From the NCBI GenBank assembly GCA_001724265.1, contig MEDY01000145.1, positions 1-62,933 on the forward strand: a stretch of 62,933 nt of DNA. The letters run 5' to 3'. Position numbers and translations under genes: made by a program. The notes below the pieces were generated by a model. The model saw only the letters and a list, made by a program, of their open reading frames with translations. It had not been told where the DNA came from and did not search any database. Source of the stretch: Rhizaria sp. SCN 62-66. Lineage: Eukaryota. Positions 11,582 to 24,579 of this stretch are shown one piece after another; within the stretch, counting starts at the first letter, position 1, and the number at the start of each line of letters is the position of its first letter.

Positions 11582-13135
11582 ATGTTCGTGCGCAGGGGTC
11601 TTGCCTCTGTCTGCTCGCATGCGATTCTGTTCGTGGCGCTGCTGCTCGCTCTCTTGGGCGTCGCTTCCGCGCTCACTGAGACGGTCAGAATCACAAACGA
11701 CGCCCGCTCCGCCATCCTCCTCCGCTCCTTTGGCTTCCGCGCCGGCGGCTTCCTTAACGTCACGCTCACCAAGCACACCCTCGCGGTGCCCGCGACGACG
11801 ATCGACGAGCAGAAGAACCGCGAGGTGTACGAGCTGGCGCTCATGGTGGAGCGCTCCGACGCGCCCGCGGCCGTCGACGCGCTCGCCTCGGACGTCTGCC
11901 TGCACCGCACAGCGATGGACCAGTCATCCAAGGTGACTCTGCTGAACCGCAAGATGTGGGACCGCGTGAGCTACACGGCCACGATCACCGAACCCGGCTA
12001 CTACCACATCTACTACTCCAACTGCGAGCCGTCCTCCCTCGCCTCGTTCACCGCCTCTGTCTCCGAGTACAACCTTGCGCCGCGCTCGGGCACTCGCAAC
12101 TACCTCTCGGTTGGGCTGGAGGAGCTCCCGCGCCTCTACGCCGTCTTCTTCGCGATCTTCGCGCTGGAGCTCGTGCTCTGGGTGTGGACACTGGTCCGCA
12201 ACAAGGCCGACGTCAAGATGATGCACGTGCTCATGGGCACCGTGCTGCTCTTCAAGGTCCTCGCCGTGCTCTTTGAGGCCTTTAAGTACGACGTGCTTGC
12301 CTCCACCGGCCACAACAACGGCTGGGCCATCGCGTACTACGTCTTCAACACGATCCGCGCGCTGCTTATGTTCGCTGTCATCGTGCTCGCGGGCACTGGG
12401 TGGTCGTACCTCAAGCCGTTCCTGACGAACCGCGACAAGCAGTTTATCTTGGCCGTGTTGGTGGTGCAGATCATGGTCAACGCGGCGTGGATCGTCATCC
12501 AGGTCACCGAGCCCGCCTACGCCGGCTGGGGCACGTGGCGCGCAGTCTTCTACCTCATGGATCTCGTCTGCGGCATGATCATCCTGCTGCCCATCTACTG
12601 GTCCATCCAACACCTCTACCAGGAGGCCGAGACGGACGACAAGGCAAGTACTAGCCTCACCCGGCTCCGCAACTTCCGCCTCTTCTACCTCACCGTCATC
12701 GCGTACCTCTACGTCTCGCGCCTCGTCACCTTCCTCATCGAGAGCTCGGTGCCCTACTCGCTGCAGTGGCTCTCGCACGTCTTCGCCGAGACCTCAGCCA
12801 TCGGCTTCTTCTTCGTCGTGGGCTACCTCTTCCGCCCACAGCCGCTGAATCCTTACCTCGCGCTTGAGATCGCAGACGAGGAGAACGGCACCGAGCTCAT
12901 GTCCTTCTCCAAACAGTCCATCGCCAGCGCCAAGTCCTCAACCGCGGGCGGCGTCGTCGGCAGCAGCAAGCAGCGCGGGCCCGGCGGCAAGGATCTCGAG
13001 AGCGGACTTCCCGTGCCCGCGAGCGCGGACGACGACTTCGACGACGAGCCGCTCACTGACGTCGACGGCGGCGGCTACGGCCACCCCCAGGGCGCGCTCG
13101 GCGGCGGCGTTCCCGGCGACGACCTCGACATGTAA
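11582..13135 (+). CDS. GPR107/GPR108 (LUSTR, lung seven-TM) family protein, about 517 aa
   Basis: Signal peptide, luminal domain (DARSAILLRSFGF...GG; PGYYHIYYSNC; NYLSVG), seven hydrophobic segments, family motifs GTGWSYLKPFLTNRDK, LLPIYWSIQHL, LRNFRLFYLTVIAYLY and FRP..NPYL. Stop TAA. Confidence 0.92.
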   Translation: MFVRRGLASVCSHAILFVALLLALLGVASALTETVRITNDARSAILLRSFGFRAGGFLNVTLTKHTLAVPATTIDEQKNREVYELALMVERSDAPAAVDALASDVCLHRTAMDQSSKVTLLNRKMWDRVSYTATITEPGYYHIYYSNCEPSSLASFTASVSEYNLAPRSGTRNYLSVGLEELPRLYAVFFAIFALELVLWVWTLVRNKADVKMMHVLMGTVLLFKVLAVLFEAFKYDVLASTGHNNGWAIAYYVFNTIRALLMFAVIVLAGTGWSYLKPFLTNRDKQFILAVLVVQIMVNAAWIVIQVTEPAYAGWGTWRAVFYLMDLVCGMIILLPIYWSIQHLYQEAETDDKASTSLTRLRNFRLFYLTVIAYLYVSRLVTFLIESSVPYSLQWLSHVFAETSAIGFFFVVGYLFRPQPLNPYLALEIADEENGTELMSFSKQSIASAKSSTAGGVVGSSKQRGPGGKDLESGLPVPASADDDFDDEPLTDVDGGGYGHPQGALGGGVPGDDLDM

Positions 13136-13935
13136 GCGGCCGCCGTGCTAACTGCGAGGCTGTGGCCACATCGTTCTTTTTAGGAGCCTGTTCTGTATGT
13201 TTTTAGTTTGTGTATGTTACAAAGATAGTTGATCAGGGTTTTGTTTGCGTTTATGTTCACAGTTGCAGCATTACGGTGTACGTTTTGTTTGTTTGTTAGT
13301 GTGTGTATGTGTGGCTGCTGTTGTTGAATGTTTAAGTCGCATTAGCGTGGTTTATTCAGACCGCGCTTCTGTGACCTGAGCTGACAACCGTTTCGCGCTA
13401 TTGATCGTTGCTGTTGATGTTCGTGTGGCTTTAAAGTACTTTCGGCTCACGCACTGTTGGCGACGATCAGATGTAACGCAATCGCAGCACAGCGACTCTT
13501 ACTGCGGAATGTCAGCCATTCGCGGTCACTTGCTTGCAAACGCAACGCTATGCAGTGTGTGCGCACTGTTGCATGAACACGACGAGCAAGGGAAGCTGTC
13601 GAGATATATGTTTTTTTCTTCTTTTAAAACTACTTAGTCCAAATGAGTCGCACGTGTGATTCTTTGGTGCATCTTTTCATAAAGCCACTATTTTATTTCA
13701 TTGCAAACAGTCAAAGTTCGAATCCCACCACAAACGCTCAGGAGATCCAAACACTCTTGCGGCAGATCAATCATCAAATTAGGATCATGTCCTTAGAACC
13801 ACACCGTTCGTCAAAAGAGCTGCAACTACGTTTTTGTATAGAGTATTGTTTGAATGCGTAGTTATATATTTTGAAATCTCACCTGGACATCTGTTTGACC
13901 TTTGAATATGCTCTTCATACCCTTTCTGAAAAGGC

Positions 13936-16900
13936 ATGAGTGGAAGCAGCCAAGCGCTTGCGAACCTCCAGGCCTGGTTGGCGCAGCAAGAGAAGCGTCC
14001 CGGCTACGCCGACCTCTCTGCTCTGTCTGACATGATCATTTCTACCCCCGACGACGGTGAGGTTGAGTCCTTTGTCATTGGGATCCTCGGCGAAGCGTCT
14101 GGCATTAGAGACTTTCTCTCTGAACTCAAGCGTCGCCGCAAGCTCGTACGTCTACACCAGTTCTCGCTGTCAGTTCAGTTTCACATCAGAATCGCACCAT
14201 GCACCGCCTAACACACACTTAATCTCTACATTATTTTGCTCAGGCCCGCGACGGCTCATCTCAGCCCGCATCCGCTGTGGCAGTTCCTGTCGCAGTCGCC
14301 ACCCCTCGTGCAACGACACAGTCCTCCTCCATGGCCGCGCCGCGCAGCAGCGCCCATCGCCCGCACACGCCGCCGCTCGTTTCGGGCTCCAACGTCCCTG
14401 AATACTCGTACGTGCCCACGACCGGCAAGGCACCTCAGATCGTCGCCGCCGAGGCCGCGGTCGCAGCCGCCGCCGCCGCGACGGCCGAGGCGCTCGCTGA
14501 CGCAAAGACCTCCGCTTTCCCCACGCTCGCGCGCCCGCCCGCTCCCACCGCCGCGGCCGTCGTCGCCTCCGGTGGCGCCGCCGAGGACCTGAGCGCGGCG
14601 CTGCAGACGAGTCGCAACGTCAAGATCGTTGCCAAGAGGGCCAAGAAGCCCTCCGCGGCCGCAGCCGCGGCCGCCGCGGCCGCGTCTGGCGAGCGCCGCG
14701 TGTGCGGCTGCGGCGCGATGGAGCACGACCTGTACGCCAACTGCACAGCATGCGGGCGCGTACTATGTGCCGTCGAGGGCGAGGGCGCGTGTCCGTTCTG
14801 CGAGTCGTTCGTAACGATCGACTACACGCTCACCAACGAGGAGTTCGCTGCAGTCGTGGCCGAGACCGCCAACGACGCCTTTCTCGAGCGCCAGCGCAAG
14901 CACAGCGCCAACCGAACCCTCAGCGCGGCGGCCGCTGACAAGCGCGCTCAGAGCAGCAGCAGTAGCAACAACAACAACAACAACAACAAGAAGGCTGCGC
15001 CTGTGGCTGCGAAGTCTGCGCAGCAGCAGCAGCAGCTTGGCGAGGAGGAGGAGGAGGAGGAGGAGGAGTGCGCTCCTGAGCGCTACGGCGACGAGGAGCC
15101 GGCGTCGCTTAACTGCCGCGCGTTCCCGCAGTCCGGTGGCGTGACCTCGGTTGTGGGTGGCACTGAGGCCGAGCTGGGCGCACCGCTGTACGCGCAGGCC
15201 GCGTCGCGCTCCGTCCCACTGCCAGGCTCGCGCTCCGCAGAGAACAACGCCGCCGCGGCGGCCGCGGCGGGCGCCGACGACGCCGCGGCCGCGGGGCTGG
15301 CGGCGGCGCGCGCGCACCGCGACAAGCTGCTGAACCGCGCGGCGGTGCAGGGCCACCGGCCGCACGTGATTGACGAACAAGCCGACTTCTACGACTTCGA
15401 GGGCAACGCGTGGCTGTCCGAGGCGGAGAAGGAGGTCCGTCGCCGCAAGGCCGAGGAGGCCGACGAGCTTATCCAGCAGCGCCAGCGCCAGCGCACGCTC
15501 GACCTGGACCTCACGGGCGCGCTCTCAGGCGCCGGCGAGGTTACCGTGGGCTTTAACAGGGACGAGCGCGCGCAGATCGGCGCCGGCGGCGCGTTCGGCG
15601 TCACGGGCGACGTGTACAAGGAGGTGCAGAGCGAGCTGAGCCGCAAGGACCGCGCGCGCGAGGCCGCCGAGGCGCGCGACCTGCAGGGCCACTCCAGTGT
15701 CAAGGACGCCGTGACAGCGTTCCCCACGCTCAGCGGTGAGCGGGCCACCACGGCGCCGGCGGCGACGGCGGTGGCCGCCGCGGGCCAGCAGGCGACGACG
15801 GGCAAGTGGGGCGTGTTCGCCGACGCCTCGCGCGAGGCTATCGTCGCGCGCCTGCTGAGCAACGACACGCTGCACGGCCGCGCCAAGGCTGTGTACGACG
15901 CCTTGCAGGCCTCGCTCGCGGAGGCGGCTGAGACCGAGCGCGCGCAGGCCAAGACGCGCGCCACCCTCGCCGCCGCGGCGAACAACAGCAAGAGTGCCGC
16001 CGCGACGGGCGCGCTGGCCACTGGAGTTGCACGCACGCTCGGCGGACACGTCGCGGCGTGCGCGGGCAAGGGCAAAGGACCGGGTGCCGACGGTGCGCGC
16101 GCGGGCGGTCGGCTGCAGCACGACGTGCTGCCCGTCATTGCGGGCGAGGGTGCCGCTGACCAGGCACGTGGTCTCACCAATCTTTGCTACAGTTCAAAGA
16201 CTTGCACACGTTCAATATTTCGTGCAGTGCAATCATTGTTTATTTTACCTCACCTGTTTTTCCCCCCTCCTCTACCTCTTTGTTTGTGCTCATTACAGGA
16301 TGTTCTGCGTGACTAGCCCGAGATGCGCGGCCGCAAGGAGTACGGCACCAACGACGGCAGCTACAGCTCTGACTCTGCAGCCGGCGAGGACACGTTCGAC
16401 GGCTTCATGACCGTGGTTAATAAGTCTCGCGGCAGGGGCCCCAAGTCCACCAACGCGAGTAACGCGACTAGTAGCGCGCCTGGCGGTGCCACTGGCGGCG
16501 GCAGTAGCAGTCGTTTTGGCATGCTCGACTCGCTGCTCGAGGACACCGCAGATGCCGCCGAGCTCATCGGTCCCTCACAGCCGCCCGCGAACGCCTCAAG
16601 CGCCGCCAGCGCCACCGCGACGGCGACATCCTCCGCGCGCGCTGCGGGAACGCGCTTCAACATCCCGGCGTCGGCGCTGCAGCTGGCGCAGGCGCTGGCC
16701 GCAGCCGAGGAGGAAGAGAGCGCCGCGCACGCCGCGGCGTCCGCGGCCGGCGGCAAGAAGAGCCCGTACGTGCCGCTGACGACAGAAAACGCCACTGCGA
16801 GCGCAGGCGCGCCTGCGAACTTCCTGGCGCGCATGATGCTCGACGGCAGGGCGGAGGCGTTCACGGACGCGAGCGACAACGGGACTTGTTTGTCGATGCA

Positions 16901-17447
16901 CCAGCCCTGGGCGAGTCTGCTCGTGCACGGGCTGAAGCGCTTCGAAGGCCGGCCTTGGTTCACGCCCTTTAAGGGCCGGCTGTGGATTGCGGCGACGTCG
17001 CGCCAGCCGGAGCAGAGCGAGATCGACGAGCTGGAGGCCTTTTACCGCCGCGTCTACGGCGCTAACACGAGCAAGATGCCGTTCCCGCGCTCGTACCCAC
17101 ACGCCGCGCTGCTGGGCTGCGTCGACATGCTAGGCTGCTGGGACTCGGCGCAAATGGCTGAGTACGCGCGCGCGCACCCAACGTGGTGCGTCGAGCCCAA
17201 CGAGTCGCATCACGTGTTTGTGTGCGCCAACCCGCGCGTGCTGCCGAAGCCGATCCCGATGAGCGGCAACCACAAGCTGTGGACGCTGCCGGCCAAGATG
17301 CACAAGGGGCTCGCCGACACGCTTAAGCCCGTGGGCGACGCGTGGCTCAAAGAAGCTGTGGGGCTCCTGGACAAAGGTCCTAAGGTCAGGACAGTCAAAG
17401 AAGTCACTGAGCGTGTCACCGTCGAGAAGCCGACAAAGAGCTCGTAA
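13936..17447 (+). CDS. TRIP4: Activating signal cointegrator 1 (ASC-1/TRIP4)-like: C2HC5 zinc finger plus C-terminal ASCH domain; exons 13936-14145, 14244-16163, 16299-17447; in-frame TAG 16314-16316
   Basis: CGCGAMEHDLYANCTACGRVLCAVEGEGACPFC; HRDKLL...VIDEQADFY...WLS; ASCH motif CLSMHQPWASLLVHGLKRFEGRPW...GRLWIAA. Stop TAA. Confidence 0.9.
16164..16298 (+). other. Probable GC-AG intron (135 nt)
   Basis: CAG|GCACGT differs from the local GTACGT donor only at +2. The body is AT-rich with a pyrimidine tract ending TTACAG. The phase-0 join keeps the frame; the nearby GT at 16168 would not. Confidence 0.7.
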
Positions 17448-17625
17448 GCTGTGACCGTGAGTCAGACCAACTCCTGTAAAACGGGAACTTGAATGAAAAA
17501 TAAACACATCCATTGACACCATAGAATCGTCAACTTGAGCCGAAAAACATTTTCTTATTTTTCATCATTGCATACCTCTCTAGACTTTTAATTAGAAACT
17601 TGAAGACATCGTTTAAGATTGCTTA

Positions 17626-20600
17626 ATGCGCTCTCAACGGGAGTACTATCTCTCCCCAAACGAAGGTACGCATCATCGAATGAAAACAACATGTCGCACG
17701 TGTTTTTTAAATAGATATCACACAGTCTCACTTTAGGAGCTTTTATCGGTTCAGCTTTGCGCAATGAGAGCGTTGATCAGGACAAGTACCTTCGGCGCGT
17801 GTTGAACCTGGCACGTTCTTACCACGATGCCGACTCCGTTGCAGCAATTGCAACTGGACCTGCACAGGCCATCAAGCCCCCGCTCAACGTTTGCCTTGCA
17901 GCTGGGCTCTGTCCACTCTGTTACTATGCGGTGACACCTAGCATTGGTCCGCGCGCCTTTGGTCTGACTGCAACCCCGTGCTGCGGTGGGCCTGTGCACA
18001 CGCGCTGCTTTGCGCAAGTCTTTCCCAGTACGTTGTCGCTCATTTCAAGTTGATAATGTTCACAGAGTGACCCCTGACTTACTTGCATCCTCAATTTTAA
18101 AAGCAGGACTTATGTCTCCACAATCTTTGTTCGATTTGTTTAGTCACTACGCGTGGGCCGTGTCCATACTGCAAAGAGACGATCTCAACGTCACCCCATC
18201 TGCCCCAGGCACGCCGTCCTCCGAATCCCGTTACCGCAGCTGCTCCAAGCGGCCCATCGCTAATGTTGCCGCAAATCACTGGCCCAGCGGTAATTCTGAC
18301 TGGACGCGACGCAGCCGCTTGGGTGGCAATGCAACAAGGACAGCAACAATTTGCCTACACTGACGATGACGATGATGACCAGGAGCCTCAGCAACATCAG
18401 GCTCAAGCTCAGCCGCAGAGCGCGCCCATCAGCCGACGCAGGGAGAAATACAAGCGGTCCGCAACTGGCATGTTTGCGCCAAAGGCGGGCGCCCCGCCGG
18501 TATCCACTGCAGCGTCCACTGCGCTGCCCGCGACTTCGCTCACAGCGTCGTCAGGTGGCGCGTTAGTCCGCAGCGGTGGCGTTGCGGAGCAGGAGGATGA
18601 GAGCGCCGCACCAGCACCATTAGTTCCGCTGCCACTGGCGCGGGAGCCGCGCGTAAAGCGCCCACGTGTTGCGGGGGCGCTGGTCTCTGCAGCTGGCACG
18701 CCGGTGATGTCGCAGACGCAATCCGATGTCAGCAGCAGCAACAATGGGCGCTTGAGCAACAGTGACGATGAAAAAGAGAACGCACCGGTTGCGGCTCTTG
18801 CCGAGGCCGCTGCAATGCCCGAGCACGTCGCGCACGCCAACGTCTCTTACGCAGCTGCGGACGATGCTGCTGCATCTGTCATTCCGCCGAAGACATTAGT
18901 GTCTGATGCAATTAGGGCAAGCACCGATGTGACGCCTGCTAGTGCAGCGCAGCAGGACGCCGCGAGGTTTATTGCCATTGCCATGACCGATAAAAGCACC
19001 ACAGGTATCGTTATAGAAGCACCAGTTCACACGCGGTCAGCACCGCGCAGTGCGTCATCAACACTTCGAACCGATGCCGCCACTAACGCCGACGTTAGGG
19101 CAACGCCGAGCAGGGAACGGTTGCCTCACCAGCCATCAGATGCGGTTGCGACTATTGGTGTAGCCTCTGTCGAAACAGTGGCGTCCACTGGTGCAGGCAG
19201 TGTAGACAAGGCTCCAACGCCAAAGATGACCACGCCCAAGCCACTGCCTTCTCTGCGACATGTTGCTGTTGCACAGTACGATTTGCTGCCTGAGATAATC
19301 GACATCACTCCGTGGGTTAAGGCGCAGACCCACGTTCTTACCATGTTGTATGGAGCACGGCGCCCCAGCGCAATGACGACGGCATGTCTGCAAGCGTTGC
19401 TTTCATCAACAGCCCTTGACGCTCACTGCGCGGCTGCGGCCATCGCCACGTTCACTGCTGCCGCCGACGCCGCTAAGACGGGCGCCACCCCGGGCACAGG
19501 CCCAGTCTCTCCTGCGCTGAGCTTGCAGGTGCTGCTAGCGCTGGACCTTGCGCCCGCTATTACCGGCCCTCTCACGGCGCTACCTGTGGCGACACTGATG
19601 CGATGTCCCAACGCTGCGCTCAGTGCCCTTGTCAGAGCGGGCTGCAGCGCAGCACTCGGGCCACTACCCCCTGCCGTTGTCGCCGCTGCTGTGGCCACCG
19701 ACGCGCGCAGGGCGGGGCGCAAAGATCCCTACGCGAGCGAAGTCGTCATGGCTCTGGCGCCGACAATCAGCGCTGTAACCGCAGTAAATACTGTGCGCGC
19801 AGCGTGTGGTCTCTTTGACGCAGCAGTGCCGGGACTTGCCTGGGTTAAGGAGTCCGGTTTATCAGCGCTCGCAAGCGTGTTTGCTGACAAGTACAACAAC
19901 AACACAAGTGCAGTCGTTGGTGGAGAAAGCGAGTTTGACAAGCGATGCTCGGCTGTAACTGCGTTCCGCAATCTAGTTGCAGCGCGCAACTGTGCGGTAG
20001 CGCACGCAGCCGCCGCGGCCGGCGCTGCAGCTGTTGCCGCAACTGCGCTCGCTGCAGCGTGGCGCTCGTTTACATCACAGAGCACGGTTGAGAGCACCGG
20101 TGCGCGATACTGCGAGCAAGCACCATTAGAACCAGCACTGGCGCTTGGAGGCCGGGAGTCACGCTGGCGGGCAGCAGGCGTTGCCTCAGTGCGCCAGGCG
20201 CTTATTGCGACTGCGCTTGCTGCAAACACGGATGGCGAGAGCAGCAGTTCTGCGACAGATGGTGTCCCTGTAAGTCGGGACGAGCTCGCACTAGTGCAGC
20301 AACGCGCGTGGCAGTTTACGCTTGCGGCAACGCAGGTGTGGGCGCTTACGGTTGCTGCGCGACAATGCGTGACAGCTGCTGCTGAGGCGTCGTTTAGGCT
20401 TGAAGGCGCCTTTGGAGGCAGGGCGGCGGCAGAGCATTGGCAGGTAGTCAAATACGGTAAGTTACGTTTCCATTATCTCACAACCGATTTGCTGAGCATC
20501 ACTGAACATAATTTCGTTTGTCGTTGGCTCATAGACTAAAGAGTTGTTTTTGCGTGCGACTGTTCCTTGCTATGCACAGAGCAACGTGCAATCTTTGAGG

Positions 20601-21108
20601 CTGTTTCGCAACATCCGATGCCAAAGGCTGTGTCAGCTGCTCTGAGCGCTTGCACTGCAGACGACACCGCTGCTGCAGTCACTGCACTTAGACAGGCAGT
20701 GGCTTTGCAGACTCTTGGCACGCCCGAAAGCACCGTTGTCTTGCGTGCTGTGGCATGCGATGGCGTCAGCTGCCACGATGGGACCATGCCACAAGCGTTT
20801 ACCTGCGTCACCGCAACAACAAGCACAGCAACGCCGCTGCATGTTGCTGTAAAAAACGTCCATGTCAACGCAGATGCGACTAGCAATAGTGGCCTTCAAC
20901 GCGCACGCCAACTGTGGTCTCAAGCACACAGTGTTGCTGCGGCCGTTGCCGCGACCGCAGGCGCAACAACTACGGACGCAAATCACATTGATGCAGCCAT
21001 TGACCCGCTTGCAGTGCAAGTTAACGCCGCGCTTCATACCAAGGATCTTGCCTGCGCTTACGCAAAGCACAGCGCGCCTTCAAGTACTATTACAGCAAGC
21101 TCAGAGAC

Positions 21109-21142
<34 letters not shown>

Positions 21143-23230
21143 GCAAGTGCCGGTCATAGGGATGTACACGAGTTGTTGTGGAGCGCATTTATGCGCGGTG
21201 GCGACAGCGCACTTGCACTCTGTCTTGACACTGGGCTGTGGATGCACTTGCATACCGTTGCATCAATTAACGCGGGATCAAACGTTGTCTTTAACAACAC
21301 AGCGGCAACTAGCAATGCGTTAAATTCTACGAGTTCGACGCTTGATTCTGACTGGGATTTGCCTCCTGTGTGCATTATTCCGCGCGTTAGGACGGCGATA
21401 CCGGGCTGGACCGACGGCTGTGCAAATACAATGGCAACGCAGAAGACGAGCGCGACCTCAACTGGTCCTTCCGTCGATGGCGGGAGCGAGATTGCTGCTG
21501 CCGTCGGCGAAGATTAGCCAGCGATCACGTTGTGCCCTGTTTTGGTTAAGGGCGCGCCGGACGGCGCCGGAACTGCGTGTGCCCGTGTGCCCTATCAAGA
21601 CAAGTCTGCATTAAAGCTTTTCAAGGTGCCGCAGCTTGAACTCTCGTTGCTGTCCGGCAGGATCACACCGAGTTCACTGCCACAACCCAACACAAGCACT
21701 AAACCTGCAGATGCAACGACTGATGACAACGGCATAGTCAACGGTGTTGATACGAACGAGATTGTCACATTCACAAGTGACCCACTATTGCGTCTTCCGT
21801 TGCGCGACGCACTGTGCCCACCGCAACGCGCTGTGTGCATGTATCACTACCCGACCTGGCGCCAAGACGCGGCCCCGCCTGCTGACGCGTACGCGTTGGC
21901 GACGCAGCGCGCACGCCAAGCGGTTGGCTTTGCCTGTGTCGCCAACGGGCTTGAACCTCGCACAACCCGCGTCATCATGCCGAGCATGTGCAGTGACGTT
22001 CCGTCCGCAGACGCTGCACGCGCGCACACCGCCCCGCCCGACGTGAGTTCACTGTTACTGCCGCCGCCGGCGAATGCGCAGTACCAGTGCCACGAGCTTG
22101 AGTGCGTCGACTCTGGGGCTGAAGTTGCTCCTGCGCTATTTATGTCGGTGCGGCCGCGTTGCTGGGGCGTTGGGCTCAGGCGCGTGTTTAACAAAAGCCA
22201 CAACGTACCTCGTGCGTCTCTCACAGCGGAGCGCAATACCCAAGGGCTGCGCGCACGCGACGACTTTATCGCATTGACTGCGACTGCGGCAGATCGTAAG
22301 AAAACGGTGGCAGCCGCGCTGGCGCCTCATAGTAACGAGACAGTAGACGCAATTCTGCTTTACACAGTTGCTTCCAAACACGCCGCAGCTGTCACCGAAC
22401 TCGCACTTCGTCACGAAGCCGCTGACAGTGCACGTAGCATAAGCTACAGCAGCGCGACCACGGTGCCACCGGAGGCGCGCGTGGACGTGGACGCCGTGTC
22501 TTCGGCGCTGGTGACGGGCCGGGACCTAGTGCTGGTCGGCCCCAGCGCCTGGGTTGGGCTGCTGCTGGGCTGGCGCGATGTTGGCGAGTCAGCGACCGCG
22601 GGCGCTCTGATGCGCGCGACGTTCGCCGGCTCCGGTACCGGCGACTCACGTGTTGCGCCCGAGTGCTGGGTCGAGTGGGGCGCAAGTGCGATCCCGAGAG
22701 GGAACAGTTACCGCAACATCAAGCGTGCCGACAACGCTGCCCAGGCGATCAATGGTAGCGAGAACAACAGAAGTGCCGCAGCTGACGAGAGGGCGAGTTC
22801 TATCTCTAGTTCCAATGCAAGCGCTATCTCGAGCGCGAGTGCGGGTGAAGGCGTCGCTGGGCAAGACGAGTGCACGGCAACCGGCGACTGCGGCAGCGAC
22901 TGCGGCTGGGGCTGCATTGATTTTGCCGTGAGCGCTGGCGCCAAGCGCAGTCCGCTGCTGTGGCCACGCTGGCCGACCGCGCACAGCCGCTTGCCGCCGC
23001 AGTCGGTCACGACCACTGCGAACGGGAGCGTCGTGATCAAGGCGGGCAGGTGGTCAAACCCGGCAAACACCAAGTACTGTGGGAGCCCCGAGGACCCGCT
23101 GGTGGCGAGGTCGCTCTTCGCCGCGCTGTGGCTGCGCGGGCTCAGGGCCAGCGTCGCGGCGGCCGCGGTGGCCAAGGCCGCGGGCGGCAAGGGCGCGGAG
23201 GCGGATCAGGAGGAGGAGGAGGCAGAGTAA
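17626..23230 (+). CDS. Large Ala-rich protein with N-terminal RING-like finger; exons 17626-17665, 17737-18027, 18144-20456, 20580-23230; in-frame TAG 21515-21517; about 1764 aa
   Basis: CPLC...PCCGGPVHTRCFAQVFP|ITTRGPCPYC assembles across an intron. Three GT-AG introns preserve the frame. ORFs 20567-21517 and 21530-23230 share one frame and are separated only by TAG. Stop TAA. Confidence 0.7.
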
Positions 23231-23553
23231 GGAATCGTATGGTGTGATGGAGGAGGTTTGCAGTTCCAAAAAATATGAGATGACGTTTCTTATGTACACG
23301 TACTACGTGGAATGGTGTGAACGGTGAATCATAGGAATGTATTGTACTCGTTGAGTGCATTTAGTAATTTGAGTTCGGTTACGACTAGGTAGGCAAATCC
23401 GAGAGAGTCACTCTCGCGGTGAAATATGTAAAGCTTGGGACACACGCGAATATTATTTCATTTTACTACGCGTGATCTATCGAGAGTAGATGTGACCGGA
23501 GCAAACATCGCCAAGCTTAAATAGTAATAAAGCGAACGTGTGACTGTGGCACC

Positions 23554-23991
23554 TCACGCGTTCTCCTCCTCGGCGTCGAGCTCTGGCCGCGACACGCTGC
23601 CGACCTTGCGCGCGCACGAGGCGCACGCGACCTCGTCTCGGGGGATCTTCTTCGCCAGCGCCATCTGCTCGATGCAGTGCAGGTGGAAGTGGATGCGGCA
23701 CCACTCGCACACCAGCGGCGGGCAGCTCTCGCCGGGGCGCTGGCAGCTCGCGCGGATGCTATACAGGGGATGCGGAACAAATAAAGCAAGCATGGAAACA
23801 TTAGGATGAACAACAAACATCAACGTTCAGTTGCGCTTTAGGGGCGTATACAGTGGGTTTGACACAACGTGTGGAGCGTACCATGTGCTGTCGAGGCGCT
23901 TCTGACAAATCGGGCACTCGGTGTTCATGTCCTGCCAGGTCCAAGCAGCAACAGTACGCCACTCCTTAAGGCGCATCTTCATGAGGGGCAT
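23554..23991 (-). CDS. Divergent APC11-like RING-H2 protein; exons 23991-23882 and 23758-23554; about 104 aa
   Basis: MKMRLKEWRTVAAWTWQDMNTECPICQKRLDSTC|IRASCQRPGESCPPLVCEWCRIHFHLHCI...CASC follows the APC11 pattern (W-x2-VA-x-W-x-W, CxxC, PGxxCP, FHxHCI). One GTACGC...TATAG intron. Stop TGA. Confidence 0.75.
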
Positions 23992-24579
23992 GGTCAGAAC
24001 GCCTCGAGCAAGGTGTGACAGCGTGGCCGAGTTTGCAGTGGGACGAGGGTCTATACAGTGATGCGCCAGGACAAGGAGGACCGACGACTCTGAAAGGATT
24101 AAAAGAATATAATATATATAAACTAATATTTGTAAGTATATTTGAAGACTGGGCGGATTTGACGATCATACGAGGTACTTATTCTTGTGAAAGAATGTCT
24201 TGCTCACAGTCGCTTGGGCAGCGCTGGACAGGACTGGTCTAACAGGGAACCGTCGTCGAATACCGGAGACTCTAGATTGACGCCTATAAAACGTCAATTA
24301 GCGAGCGACTTGGTATCGGTAATTTTCACTACATGACATTGCTTAAATTATTGCTCAAACCTTCACCATGTTCAAAATGCCACCTGTAGTCGAACTTGTA
24401 GTGATACCACTCACCAGTAACGGCCCACCCTTCTTCTTGCCCAAATATTGCTATCTGCAGCGTCTCAACAAGAACTTATTGTCCATCGTGAGACTATCGC
24501 TTGAAATTAGTGAGAAAGAGTACGCCTGCACCTTGAATATCCCATATACCACTTCTTGCGGCCCGCTCGCGTCATTCTG

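Noticed and set aside
13710-13732. GTTCGAATCC resembling a tRNA T-loop or B box
   Set aside because: The flanks do not form a T-stem or cloverleaf. I recognised no tRNA, including any with a CUA anticodon, in the window.
14960-15070. (AAC)n, (CAG)n and (GAG)n runs, and similar GCN runs elsewhere
   Set aside because: Ordinary coding microsatellites (poly-N/Q/E/A); not a CRISPR array or a structured repeat.
17691-17736. ATG at 17691 with in-frame TAG at 17712 as a sixth UAG site
   Set aside because: It lies in an AT-rich GTACGC...TTTAG intron (17666-17736) that joins an upstream ATG exon in frame.
20535-20579. Apparent in-frame TAA (20537-20539) suggesting UAA reassignment
   Set aside because: It disappears if the intron from 20457 ends at GCACAG 20579, which restores the frame. 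Actin and many other genes end in TAA.
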